Under the pieces are notes generated by a model. That model saw nothing but the letters and a program-made list of their open reading frames with translations, was not told the origin of the DNA and ran no database searches. From assembly GCA_964016885.1 (NCBI GenBank), contig OZ024740.1, positions 199,516,001 to 199,580,000 of the forward strand: 64,000 nt of DNA, written 5' to 3'. The translations under genes were made by a program, and so were the position numbers. This stretch comes from Eledone cirrhosa (taxonomy: Eukaryota). Shown one piece after another: positions 16,571 to 29,300 of the stretch. Within the stretch, counting starts at the first letter, position 1, and every line of letters begins with the position of its first letter.

Positions 16571-16614
16571 CACTGACGATGTTGCAGAGGTGCAACGAAA
16601 GTATTTTGTTAGTG
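16571..16614 (+). ncRNA. Hammerhead-like motif in the PLE-1 3' pLTR
   Basis: ca-CTGACGA-t-GTTGCA-gagg-TGCAAC-GAAA-gtattttg-tt-agtg; perfect 6-bp stem II, weak stem III, stem I out of the canonical register. Confidence 0.6.
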
Positions 16615-16872
16615 TATATATATATGTGTTTGTGTCTATATTATATCTGTATTTTTGACCGTTGCTCAGTCAATGGTAACATTGAGGACCGAATAATTTA
16701 AATTAAACGATATAAAAGACACAGAAGCGAAAACCAACCAAACAGTGAGTGTGTTCTGTTATTAATTCTGGCAATATTATTATACAAATATGACCCTCCC
16801 CAAGTATAAATATATATATATACATATATATATATATAGGAAAAAGTATGACTCAGACAGGAGAGCGGAGAC

Positions 16873-17040
16873 CGTTTCGACGGCTAATTTTGGACTCCAG
16901 AAATAGCCGTTGAAACGGCTTGAGGTCTGCCTTCGGGGTCATAACTTTTCCTATTTCCCACTCTACTACCCTTAGTATTGAGTACTCTGGTGCGTTATGG
17001 TCAATCTGGTTCCTTACCACAATTTCTTATTTCTTTGTTA
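16873..17040 (+). repeat. pLTR-like family H carrying only the 3' half of an HHR; other copies at 37383-37512 (+) and 50005-50152 (-)
   Basis: Shared gaaacggcttgag.tc.gcc.tcggg.tc...cccactctactaccct.agtatt...ggttccttaccac; each copy abuts (TA)n. Confidence 0.7.
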
Positions 17041-17074
17041 TATATATATATATATATATACATACATATATATG

Positions 17075-17139
<65 letters not shown>

Positions 17140-17806
17140 CAGAGCGAGAGAGAATGAGTGGATGAGAGAGTGAGGGAGAGAGATAGAGAGGGAGGGAGGT
17201 AGAGGAAGAGAGAACTGTAGATATATATTTATGTGTAGGTGTGAATACGTGTTCGAAAATATTTCAGTGTGTATATACATGTGTGTATAACTTAGTATTA
17301 TCTCGTACCTTCGAGGCTAGACGTTTAATCATTGCTTTAGTGCAAAGCCAATCATTGCTGTCACTTTAGTTTCGTACTGTATTTTGTTCGCACCACTGAA
17401 TGACGTAACAACCGACGATAATAAACACAGAAGAGCACAGGGTCGATTTGTTTTATATTCCACACTAATTATATATATGGTTAACACAGTAATGTTTACG
17501 TAATTCTCTTTATATCTTTCGTCTTTTTCTCTATTTTATTCATTTCCTAAACATAAAGTTTTTTCATCGATCTCTATATCCATAGCTATAGATCACGTGG
17601 GCCACACATAACTTTCTTGTTTTTCCAAATGTAAATTCAAAACATGAATTTGAAGTTTGTGTTCTAAAACCTGCTCTGCTAACAATGTCATCCATCTGTT
17701 CTTCCCGAAGTCTGCCCCCCCCCCTCCTTCTCTTTCTCTCTCTCTCTATATATATAAGATATATATATGTGTGTGTGTATGTATATATATATACATATAT
17801 ATATAC

Positions 17807-17921
<115 letters not shown>

Positions 17922-17934
17922 TATATATATATAT

Positions 17935-18000
<66 letters not shown>

Positions 18001-18224
18001 TATAGAGATTACAATAATCAAACTTCAGTTTAAATCATTTATTTGCTTACAATTGTTTCCTCCAAACCGAGGTTTGATTCTTCGGAGCAAATATTTAGTG
18101 ATCTATAACATACTTGACCTCCTTTTCAAGAGACATATAAAAACATATGCATATATTGACCCGCAGTGGGTTGACATCCATCATAATGATATAGCATGGC
18201 AATATACATATAAAGGTTAAAGGA

Positions 18225-18309
18225 TTAAAATGAAAATAAAATAAAATAAAATAAAATAAAATAAAATAAAATAAAATAAAATAAAATAAAATAAAATAAA
18301 ATAAAATAA

Positions 18310-18340
<31 letters not shown>

Positions 18341-18363
18341 TAAAAATAAAAATAAAAATAAAA
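18225..18363. repeat. (TAAAA)n / (TAAAAA)n microsatellite
   Basis: Seen directly in the sequence. Confidence 0.95.
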
Positions 18364-19171
18364 CATTGGCAGTTTATGAAGATAAAGCAAGAGGAAAGTT
18401 TAGAGTAGTCAGTGTATGAAACAATATCACGTGTAGCATGCACGCGTGTCTTATTTATACAGGATTGGAGTGCGGTAGATTGTTACTTGTGGAATCAGGC
18501 AGTTAAAGCAGGCAATCAATATTATCATGTGGGCCGTTTTGTTAAATCATTTTTTCGCATACACCTGTATGATATACAATCCCGAATGTAGAGAAACACC
18601 AAAATATCAAAAATATGAAACATATCACAAAACATATTATAAAATAGGCAAAACAGCACCACTGTGTTCGCACACATCACCACTCACACAATCCATGAAA
18701 CGCAATATATAGACTACAGGTCTATCACACAAACCACGATGTTTCATCATTGGGTGTCTGGAGAGTCAAGCTATAAACCATATCTTGTCGTTTCTTACTT
18801 TGATTAATAGATCAGGATGTTTTAGTTGTGTGAGAAGACATTGTATATTATGGAAGTGTGTGTGTGACTATGGGGAGTTAATGCGTAAGGGGAGTTAATG
18901 CATAAGGGGAGGTAACTAGCTGATTTTCATAGTTAAATTTATTATCTTAAATTACATTAATGGTGTTTCAAGTGAGTCCCTATCATATGAGGTTATAACC
19001 AATTTCTAAATTAAGTTACTTATCTATAAATTACAGTGTAGTCTATTAAGAAGTACTAAAGGTGTTCATATCAGGATGATTACCTTCTATTATGGAGTGC
19101 CACACCTGAACATTCTATAAGAAGTGTCAGACCTCCAAATCAATGATCTTTGTAAGTGTTTTCCACCCGCA

Positions 19172-19411
19172 GGACCTGATGTTTGCTCGGATCAGAGCAA
19201 ACATCATGGACGCTCTATCTCAAAATTATTTTTGAAAAGCATTAGAAATGCGCAACCGGTAAAACTTAAAACCAAAACTGAATACTAACCAATACTATTA
19301 CTGATGCTCACTTATTCCTAATTAAACTATTTTTCACTGTGAACAATTTGTCAGTATTTTCTTTTCCGGTTACCAATATATCATAACATGTGTATTACAC
19401 CTCTATTCTTT

Positions 19412-19413
<2 letters not shown>
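19172..19413 (+). repeat. pLTR-like family F copy starting with a small hairpin
   Basis: tgatgtttgctc-ggatca-gagcaaacatca hairpin, then sequence shared with 31615-31835 and 42446-42850; ends at (TA)n. Confidence 0.75.
19229..19264 (+). ncRNA. Hammerhead-like variant (U3-A8, A13C) in family F
   Basis: TTT-TTGAAAA-GCATT-aga-AATGC-GCAA-ccgg-TA-AAA; also at 31764-31799 (-), 42604-42640 (-) and 42689-42725 (+). Confidence 0.5.
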
Positions 19414-19503
<90 letters not shown>

Positions 19504-21309
19504 AAGAAAGAAGAAAGACAGAGAGAGAAACAGATGAGGTAAAAGATAGTTACTAGAACTATAGAAATATCCTACGAACGAAAGCAAAAGAGAATTCATT
19601 AAGGATAGAGAGACAAGGAAGAATCATTTTTATAGTATAAAGCATAGGGAGGGAGATTTGTATTGTCGTGGATAAATAGCGTATAATTAGATGAAGCAAA
19701 CATATATATATATATATATAAATAAATAAATAAATATACATATGGGCATAGCTTTGTGAAATAATAATCTCGAATCGTTGAATTATCTAGAAATAATCAA
19801 TCAATCTAGATATCAAATATATCTGGGTGTAGTTATATGAGGGTTTAATTTCGAGACCATAAGTTAATTAGAAATAGACTATTAATCAATTATATATATA
19901 TATCTAAACGTATCCGGATGACCGTTAAATTTCGAATCATTTATGTTAGTTCAAATTAGTGAATTAATTTAAAGGTATAATATTTCGGGCTATAAAACTG
20001 TATAAGTATTTATATTATAGTATAATATCATATTTAAAGTATTTGCAAACATGAGAAAGAAGAGACTCAATATTTTCTTCATGCCGAAGTTACTCCATAA
20101 TAAATTATATTAAAAAAAAATTATATTAAAGAGATTTTATATTAAAAAATAATAATCATTTCATAATTTAGAAAGTAATTACAATTATAACTTTAAACAT
20201 TTTAAATTAACAATTAGAATAACCTAAAGTATCCAAAGGCTTAACAATTATACATAACAAGGATATTATTAAACTAGATATACGTATTTGTCTAAATTTA
20301 TACAAAGAGTACATTGTTTAAAGTTTAAGACGGTATTAATTAGTTATATATAATATAATATAAGTTACTGTTAATATTGTTAAAAGTAAGGTTTTACATC
20401 AATTATTATATTAGGATGATGTAATACATATATACTATAAATATACAAACCAAACTTCATGAATCATAAAAGATAAGACACAGATTCAAAATAAATAAAT
20501 AAATTGTTTGCGATCCTATAAGTACCAAATATCTAAGCTATATAATTTAAAAATACAAGAACATTTTTAAGGATCTATATTATAGTATAATATCATATTT
20601 AAAGTGTCTGCAAACATGAGAAAGAAAAGACTTAAGATTTTTATCAACCCGAAGGTAACCCAAATTTAATTATATTAAAAAAAAATTTTAATTATATAAT
20701 TTAGAAAATATTTAACAATTATAATACTAGAATGTCCTTAAGTATCTAAGGCAGTTATAAATGTATATAGAAGAATGTTATTAAACTAGATATACACATT
20801 TGTCTAAATACATACAGAGTATTCTGTTTAAAACTTAAGACGATATTAGTGATTCATATACATATAATAAATAATAAATACAATTATTGTTAATAATGTT
20901 ATAAATGAAGTTTTACATCAAGTTAAGTAGAAAAAGGGTGTCGACTAGGATTATATGCGACACATATACCATACATATATAAATCAAACTTCTTGAATCT
21001 TAAAAACAACATATTCTAAATAAATGAATGGTCTACGATTCCTTGTTTACTGTTAACCATATAAGCTATATATTTAAAAAAATACAAAAATCCCGACAAA
21101 ATTAAATGTACTTACAAAATCAAATGATATGCATATTCATCAAGAGATCATGTTAACAGTCTATATGTTTATATGTTTATATAGAACCCTTAATCTAACA
21201 TTAATCATATTGTAAATGAATAAAAATTATTATAAGGTTTTATAATCTGTTATAGTATCATTTTACGCACTCAGTTGATAAGAAACGTAAACAATTAGAA
21301 CTTCTTTAT

Positions 21310-22140
21310 TCAGTGTTTTTTCCTGACTTTTTGCGAGGGTTGGAATGTAGAAAACAAAATGTAGACAATTTGAGAATAATTCACTTTTTTTTTGTTAATT
21401 AAATTTTCATAATTAGTAATTTTTAATAGGGTCTCCATAATACAAAGATTGCAGTTAGGTGATATTGAAGAATTCAAGTAGATTCGACTATTACACAGCT
21501 TTGACCAAGAAATCGAGTATTTTAAATTTTTGTCTTTTAATGACCATATAAGTTGTGATAAAGAAGTCGTGGATTTCCTATTAGGATTCGAAAAAGAACA
21601 TTTGTGATTCGAAAATCTTAATTTAAATGTCGATGAAGTTGTACCAATATAGTTATATGTGATGTTATTTGCTTTTACGGTGCATTTATAGACAAGATTG
21701 CTATCCAGACAATTATTTTGGAGAGGGCAATTTGATCTATTTCGATGTATTATTACATTTCGATGTATTATTATTACTATAAGTTGGACAATTGACATTA
21801 ACATTGCTAGTACTTTGAAGTAGTGTTCTATTGATAGTGCTTAGATTAATGTTATTGTTATTCCTAGTATTAATATTGCTAGTGTTATTATATTCATTAT
21901 CCCGGATTGTTTGTTAGTTATGATTTAGAATTCTACTATTTATTTTTGCAATATTCTGGGCCATATTCATAGTTGTAGAATAAGAAAGCTTAATTGTGTG
22001 CCTGTTAAATATGGAACGGTATTTATGTTGAATGGGGAAGCATTTATCTAAAGCTTTAAAGAATAGATTTGCGAGTGGTGTTTTTATTGCTACAGATGCG
22101 AGAGGAGCAAAGCATATAACTGATTTAGTTCTGATTTTTT
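21310..22140 (-). pseudogene. PLE thumb/linker + GIY-YIG endonuclease remnant (Nematis-like motif pattern)
   Basis: HKYRSIFNRHTIKLSYS, CPLQNNCLDSNLVYKCTV...YIGTTSSTFKLRFSNH, LSQLIWSLK, CNLCIME. Confidence 0.85.
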
Positions 22141-22374
22141 CCCCGATTTATTCACGGTATTGGTGTTTGTATTATAATTTTTAGAATCTCGTTTATATAT
22201 GTTAGTCTTATTCTTATGAGGATTATTATTCAAATTATTATTATCTATATATTTAATATTATTTTTATAACCTACCTTACATAGCGCCTTTTATAACCTA
22301 CCTTATATAAGGCCTTTGGATACTTGTTAATTTAACATTTTTAAAGTTATAATTGTAATTACTTTCTAAATTAT

Positions 22375-22560
22375 TTGTTTCTACTTTTGGCACAAGGCCA
22401 GCAATTACCCAGTGCATTACTGGTACTTTATTTTATTGACCCCGTAAGGATGAAAGGCAAAGTCAACCTCGGCGGGATTTGAACTCAGATCGTAAAGGGA
22501 CGTAACTATGCTGGAAAGCATGGCGTCCGACCCTCTACCGATACTGCCAATCCACCGCCC
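22375..22560 (-). mobile_element. SINE S1, full length, with 12-bp TSD
   Basis: TSD TTTCTAAATTAT at 22363-22374 and 22561-22572; empty site in the sister arm at 20163-20174. Confidence 0.92.
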
Positions 22561-22996
22561 TTTCTAAATTATATAATGATTATTATTTTTTAATATAAAA
22601 TCTCTTTAATATACATTTTTTTAATATAATTTAATATGGATTACCTTCGGGATGAGGAACATATTAAGTCTCTTCTTTCTCATGTTTGCAAATACTTTAA
22701 ATATGATATTATGCTATAATATAAATACTTATAAATTTTTATAACCCGAAATATTATACCTTTAGATTAATTCACTATTTTGAACTAAGATAAATGATTC
22801 GAAATTTAACGGTCATCCGGATACGTTTGGATATATATATATAATTGATTAATAGTCTATTTCTAATTAAATTAAGGACTTGAATTAAACCCTCATATAA
22901 CTACACCCAGATATATTTGATATCTAGATTGATTGATTATTTCTAGATAATTCAACGATTCGAAATTATTCTTTCACAAAACTATGCCCAAATGTA

Positions 22997-23058
<62 letters not shown>

Positions 23059-23457
23059 CTTCGTCTAATTATACGCTATTTATCCACGACAATACAAATC
23101 TCCCTCCCTATGCTTTATACTATAACAATTATTCTTCCTTGTCTCTTTATCCTTAATCAATTCTCTTTTACTTTCGTACATAAGATATTTCTATACTTCT
23201 AGTAACTATCTTTTACCTCATCTGTTTCTCTCTCTGTCTTTCTTCTTTCTTCAATAATTTAAATTATTTGAATCTCTAACATTTATGTAAATTGCTATTA
23301 TGTATTTTTATAAGCTTTCTCACATGCACCCTCTGTACTATATGTAATATTTTCATGTCTCAATCTTAAGGTATATAAATATTGAGTTTTGTTATATCTT
23401 ATTCACTGCCATGACTGAATCTTAACCATCTAAGTCAGGGTATGTCATGCATTATCT

Positions 23458-23524
23458 TATTTTATCTGATGAGGACGTGCTGTTGAAGATAGCTGAGTAC
23501 CTCTGAAATATGTATAATAAAATA
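23458..23524 (+). ncRNA. Type I hammerhead ribozyme in the PLE-2 pLTR
   Basis: TATTTTAT-CTGATGA-(imperfect stem II with gctgtt-gaa-gatagc)-GAAA-tatgta-TA-ATAAAATA. Confidence 0.7.
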
Positions 23525-23674
23525 TACTTGATGACACGTATGTCTAATTTTGTTTATATTTTGAATTAATATTAATAACTCCGGAAAACCATTCTGTGGA
23601 TTGCTTCCAATCTATTGTAAAACGCATTCTTTGGTTTATTCATTGAAACTTGTTTAACCTTTAACTATACATAT

Positions 23675-23821
<147 letters not shown>

Positions 23822-23824
23822 GAA

Positions 23825-26130
23825 AATTGAACGGGAACAAAACAGAGAGGCAGTACGGACAAAGGTTTATTAGTTTCACGTTTCGGGCATAAGCCCTTCT
23901 TCAGGTGAAAAGTGTGTGGGGCGTGTAGGGGGGGTGGCGGGTGGAGTGGGGGAGGGAGGCGGGGTGTCCGAGCGGGAAGGGCTGAAGGTGGTGTGTGTGT
24001 GTAGGTGTACGTGTGTGTGTGTGTATGTGAAAGTAAGAGTTGGGGGAAGAACGGGGTTGCATGTTTACGAAAAGGTGTGTTTGGGGTGGGGTGTAGGTCG
24101 ATGTGTGTGTGCGTGTGTGTGGATGGGGAGGGGTCAGAGTGTTGGGGGAGAGGATTCCGGAGGCTGAGTGTGTAAATGTGTGGTGGTACGCACGTGTGTG
24201 TGGTGTTTATACGTGTTGTGGAAGTAGGTGGCGTGTGGGAAAAAAATTTGTTCGTGTGTATGTCAGTGGGTAAGTCATTAAGGTAGTTCCGTAGAGGATG
24301 TGGTGGAATGCTGGGTAATATCCTTAGGATGTGGTTGATTCTTGTGATCGATGTCCAATGTGTGTAATCCGTGGTCGGGTTGGTCGGAAGAGGGGAGATG
24401 TGGGGTGCGCGCGCAACAGGAAGTGGTCATAGGATCAAGGCAGGAGGAGGGTTTGTGTCTGTGTGTGCGGGGGGATGTTCAGAGATAAGGGCATAGCAGC
24501 AGTCGGGAAGAAAGGAAAGTGAAGAAAGTCGGTGTGTCAGTGTGTGCGGAGGTGCGGTGGACAGGGGAGAGGATGGGTAGGTGTGAAAGTTGGAGTGAGG
24601 AGGGTGTGTGTGTATTAGTAGAGGTGTTAGTGGGATGTGTGTGTGTGAGAAAGGATGCGGGTGGGCGCTGGGAGAGAAGCGTGTGGGGGCCGGTGGAGGG
24701 AGTGTAGTGTACTGGTGTGTGTGTGTGTGATTGAATGAGTGTGTGTGTGGTGAAGGGGGTGTTAGTGGGTGTTAGTATACTGGTGGTGGGGAAAGGGTTG
24801 AATGCGGGTGTTAGTGGGGGTCAGTGGTGGTAGGGTGTGTAGAGAGGGTGGTGTAAGTGGGTTGTGTGTGTTCGTGTGCGTGGGTGTGTGTGTTCGTGTG
24901 CGTGGGGTCGGGGGTGCTAGTGATGTTAGTTGCTGGGTGGTGGGGTGGATGTTTGGGGGTGAGGGTTAGTGGTGGTAGTAGGGTGTGTGTTTAGTGTGAG
25001 CGCGTGTATATATGTACCGGTGGGTGTGTGCGTGTGATAAGGGGAGAGGGGAGAGGAAAGGAGGTATGTTAGTATGTTAGTTGGGGAAGGGTGGTCGGGT
25101 GTGGGGTGGGCGGTGAAAAGGATGGGTGTGTTATTGGTGTTAGTAGGGGATATGTGTGGATGGATGGGGGGGGGGGTCGAAGGCTAAATGAATAAGACTG
25201 GGGAGTTCAGGCCGGGGGGAATTTGGGTTTGTAGGGTGAAGATGGTTCGTTGTTCGACCATGAGGAGAGTGGCGGGTGTTCCGTGGTATTGGAGTAGGCC
25301 ACAGACTGTGAGGTGGTGCGCGGAATGTCCAGGGGCACCAAAGTGGCGGGCGATGGGGGAACTACCACCTATACGAATATCTCGGAGGTGTTCGGTAAAC
25401 CGGTCTGCCAGTAGACTAGGTTGGAGGAGGTGCAGCGGGAGGCATGCTGGACAGAGAGAGAGTGGCCGTTGGGACCCTGGAAGGTGGTGGTGTTGGTGAT
25501 GTGGGGACAGGTGTTGCAACGGGGCCTGGAACAGGGAAGGGGACCGAGGGGGAAGGAGTGCGTGGGTTGGGGGTTAGGGAGCTGTGGATGAGGAGGGTGC
25601 GGAAATTGCGTGCGCGTTTGAAGGAAGGGAGTGGTGGGGCTGGGACGATGTGGGAGGTGGAGGGGTCGGACTGGAGGCGTCGGAAGAGACGGAGGATGGT
25701 GCGGTGGAGGGGTATGGTGGAGGGGTGGTAGGTGATAGGGAAGGGGAGACGGTGGGTGGATGTGCGGTGGCGTGGGTTGAGCGTGGTGGAGCGTTGGACA
25801 GCACGGGCGCGGGTGAGAGCGGTGTGGACGTGAGAGGGGGGTAACCTCTGCGGATGAAATGGTTGACTAGGGAAAGGGCTTGGGACTCAAAGTCAGCATC
25901 TCGGCTACAGAGGCGCAGATCCTGAGGAGTTGGGAGTAGGGAATAGAGTCTTTAATGTGTGTAGGTGGGAAGAGATGAAGTCGAGGTAGGAGTGGGAGTC
26001 GGTGGGTTTGAAGAAGGCGGAGGTAACGAGAGAGTGGTGGGAGGGGTCGAATGCGACGGAGATATCTAAGAAGTGGACGTGGGTGGTGGAGATAGAGGTG
26101 GTGAAGTGGAGGGAGGGGTGGAAGGAGCAG
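23825..26130 (-). mobile_element. PLE-3: 5'-truncated GC-rich Penelope-like element (same family as PLE-5)
   Basis: HFTTSISTTHVHFLD, FKPTDSHSYL, IPYSQLLRI, DRFTEHLRDIR...PIARHF, EQRTIFTLQT..P.GLN; long GT-rich UTR homologous to 55370-56650. Confidence 0.85.
23874..23910 (-). ncRNA. Degenerate hammerhead motif in the PLE-3 pLTR
   Basis: rc: TTTCAC-CTGAAGA-a-GGGC-ttat-GCCC-GAAA-c-GTGAAA; appears to have lost 3 nt at the cleavage site relative to the 55131 copy. Confidence 0.55.
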
Positions 26131-26174
<44 letters not shown>

Positions 26175-26375
26175 ATTAGGTTTTTTGAAAGATGTCCACA
26201 CGGGTAAAAATATACGGAAAACTGAAAATGCAACTGGAGTCTTTTAAGAATATTTATTTACTTTACAATGAAGAAACGATGTGTTGTTATTATTTGGTGA
26301 TAAAACCGTATATTAATAAAGTTGAGTCGTAAAATAATAGCTGATATAATAGTATTTAAATGAAAAGGGGAGCTA

Positions 26376-29300
26376 ATATATGTTTCTATTTATTGCCACG
26401 AGGGCACAAAAGAAGGGGAGAAATACAAAGAGGGGAGTTTACACAAAAGAACGAGTAAACAAAAAACAAATAACAAAGATAAATTTAACAATAAAGTCCT
26501 CAATAGGGAGAAAGCCCCCCCCCCCGAAAAAGTGTGCAACCCTTCGCGTCAGCAACACAGAGAGAGGGTGCTCCCTTGTTCTCCCATCTTTTTCCCCTAC
26601 AGGCTGATATAGAGAGAAGGCCCATTCACACAGGCCATTCTCGCCACTTTCACCCACCTTTCATAAAACTGGCTGGGGTGGAGCACCTCTCTCTCCATAC
26701 TGATCCTTCTTCCGAAATGATATCGGAAGAAAAGGACCAGTCGTTGGCCAGAGAGAAAGGTGTCTCACCTCAGTCCTTTCAAACGCATCCACCATACAAC
26801 CTCTTTCACCATGGCTATTACGCACAGAAATACCGCCTCTCCTTCATTTTTTAAGGCGGGAGGCGGTTTGATCGTGTTGATGAACTCGGTGGTCAACCGG
26901 ATTGGTCCCACCCGTGACAGCAGTCGTTCGACATAGCCCCACAGATCGCCGACGCCCCGGCAGTGGTGTACCAATGCATGCGCGACGGTTTCTTCGTCGC
27001 GGACACATCTGGGACAGATCTTTTTCGAGGGTCCTTACCCAGGCGCCCGTATCTCTAGAGCTTTTCTCGAACGGGCAGAGCCCCTCGGTAGCATTGCCAG
27101 GCCAGGGACCTCTGGAAGTTGTCCATGCGTCCCGGGCTAAATGTCCTACCGAAGAGGCTGGCTAGTTCGTCTTCCTCCATGCCCAGGGCTTCTCCGAGGG
27201 TGTCGTCGCACCTACTGCGTACCAGCCCTCTATAGAATGTCGAGCTGGAGTCTCCACTGATAGCTGGGTCCGCCTGCCAGAGTGCCGTGAGGGCCTGAGC
27301 CCACTCGGTGTGCCAGGGGCCCAGTTTTCTCGGTCTTTGCTTGACCCAGGATTGCAGCTCGGTGAGTGAGACGAGTCTCGGAAAGGTTCGTCTCACAAAC
27401 GGGGCCCACACCGGTTGACCGGCGAGGGATGCCTGGAGGTGCCGTAGCCTTAATTCGTGTTTATGCATCAGCAGCCACAGCATCCCCAGCCCTCCTTTCA
27501 AGGAGTGTTGACAGCAGATGGATCTCCTCACCAAAGGGGCCCGATTATTCCAAAGGAATTGGAAGAGTGCGTGCTCCATTTTGGTGAGTGTTTCCCTTGG
27601 GCAAGGCACGACGGTCAGGAAGTAGTTGATGACCGACGCTATATAAGTATTCGCCACCTCCGCCCAACCTTTCAGAGATAGTTTGCACTCGGCCCACTTC
27701 TGGGTTAGTGCAAAAACCCTGTTCGCTACCACACCCCAGTTCTTCTCCACCTGGAGGTCTGGTCCGAACCAGACCCCGAGCAACTTCACCGGGCCATCCT
27801 TCCAGCCTCCGACGACGCAATCGGAGAGCTTCGATTTGCCCCTCCACGTGCCGAGTTGCATCCCGATCGTCTTATCCCGGTTCAGCTTATCCCCTGTAAA
27901 CCTTTCGTACTCCTCCAGTAAGGTGCCGATCGCCCCGATTTCCGAGGCCGTCGACACCATTACTGTTACGTCATCGGCGTATGCTGACACCGCTTTCCGC
28001 AATCCCGTTTCCAAAGGGATGCCCTGCAACAACTCCAACTTCCGCAGCAGTGGCTCGAGGGCCAATACAGAAGGGAGGCGCGAGGACACCCTTGTCGGAT
28101 GGACCACGTGATTTCGAACGGCTCCGATAGGTAGCCCTTCACCTTGACTCTAGAGTAGATGAGGCTGCTGTGCATGGCAGTGATCCAGCTCATGTAAACG
28201 GGTCCGAAACCTGCCGCCGCTAGCACCGCATCCAGGTGACCATGGTGGACCCTATCGAACGCCTTCAATTGATGCAATTTGATTAGGGCCCAACCAAAGC
28301 CGGGTTCGTTCCCAACCCTCTCTATAATATATCGCATAAGGTGGAGGTTGTCGTGGATGGACCGGGACGGGATAGCACATGTCTGCGCATATACCAGCAG
28401 GTTGCCCACGATAAGCACCAAACTCTTTGCTAACACCTTGGCCAAAATCTTTAAGTCTGCATTTAGCAGAGTTATGGGCCTGAAATTACTTATTTCGCCC
28501 CCCCCCCTTGTTCTCGTCCTTCCTCACTAGCGAGACTACGCCCTTGGTCATAGAACAGGGATATCTCCCGTTCTGTTTCCAGTTGCAGTAGACCGCCTCG
28601 AGGAGATCAGGGAACAAGTCTTTCATAGCTAGATATAGTTCGTATGGAAGACCATCGAGACCCGGGGATTTTCGTTTGCCGCATCGGCTCAGCACGTCCC
28701 GTATTTTAGCAGCTGAAATCGGCCCCTCGCAGGACTTCGCCTCCTCGTCCGAAAGACGCGGCCGGCCGTCGAGGTATGGACCGATGTCCACATCCCCATC
28801 CGGCGCCCCGCCCCTCCCGAACAATCGGGTAAAGTGCCTTTGAAAGGCCTCACACATCTGCTTAGGTTCAAGTATCACCCGTCCATCGTCGTCTCGCAAA
28901 GCCTGGATAGTGGATCTAATCCCTCTTTTGGCTTCTGTCACGCGGGCCCAGCTAACAGCTTTGATCCCCTCGTTTCCTAGAGCACGTATTTTGTCTTCGT
29001 GCTTTGCGTCAAAGAACTGGCCCAAGGCCATTCTCGGCGCTAGCACTCTGGCCACGTCGCCGCTTCTAATTGCCTCTTCTACACTGTCTACCAACTCCCT
29101 TTCTTTCCTATTTTATCTGAGGCTAACTAATTACTAAATCCTATTGAAACTACTCTAATCTCACTTTTGAGAGATCCCCACCATCTGCTGTTGACGATCG
29201 CTCCCGTCAACCGCTCCTTAACTAAAGGACTATTCCGGTCCCTGTACACTTTACTTGCCGGTCAGGATAAGTTCAGTTTCCAGTAACCGGGTCCCTGTCT

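Larger units (their letters stand above)
13433..16810 (+). mobile_element. Penelope-like retroelement PLE-1 (EN+), near-complete and decayed, with an inverted pLTR piece at the 5' side
   Basis: RT and GIY-YIG remnants, HHR in the 3' pLTR; 13481-13545 is the rc of 16745-16809; (TA)n flanks. Confidence 0.85.
19500..23660 (-). mobile_element. PLE-2: 5'-truncated Penelope-like element with a long AT-rich 3' UTR and an inverted UTR/pLTR copy on its 5' side
   Basis: GIY-YIG remnant on the minus strand; about 19500-20245 is an inverted copy of about 22310-23257; HHR at 23458. Confidence 0.8.
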
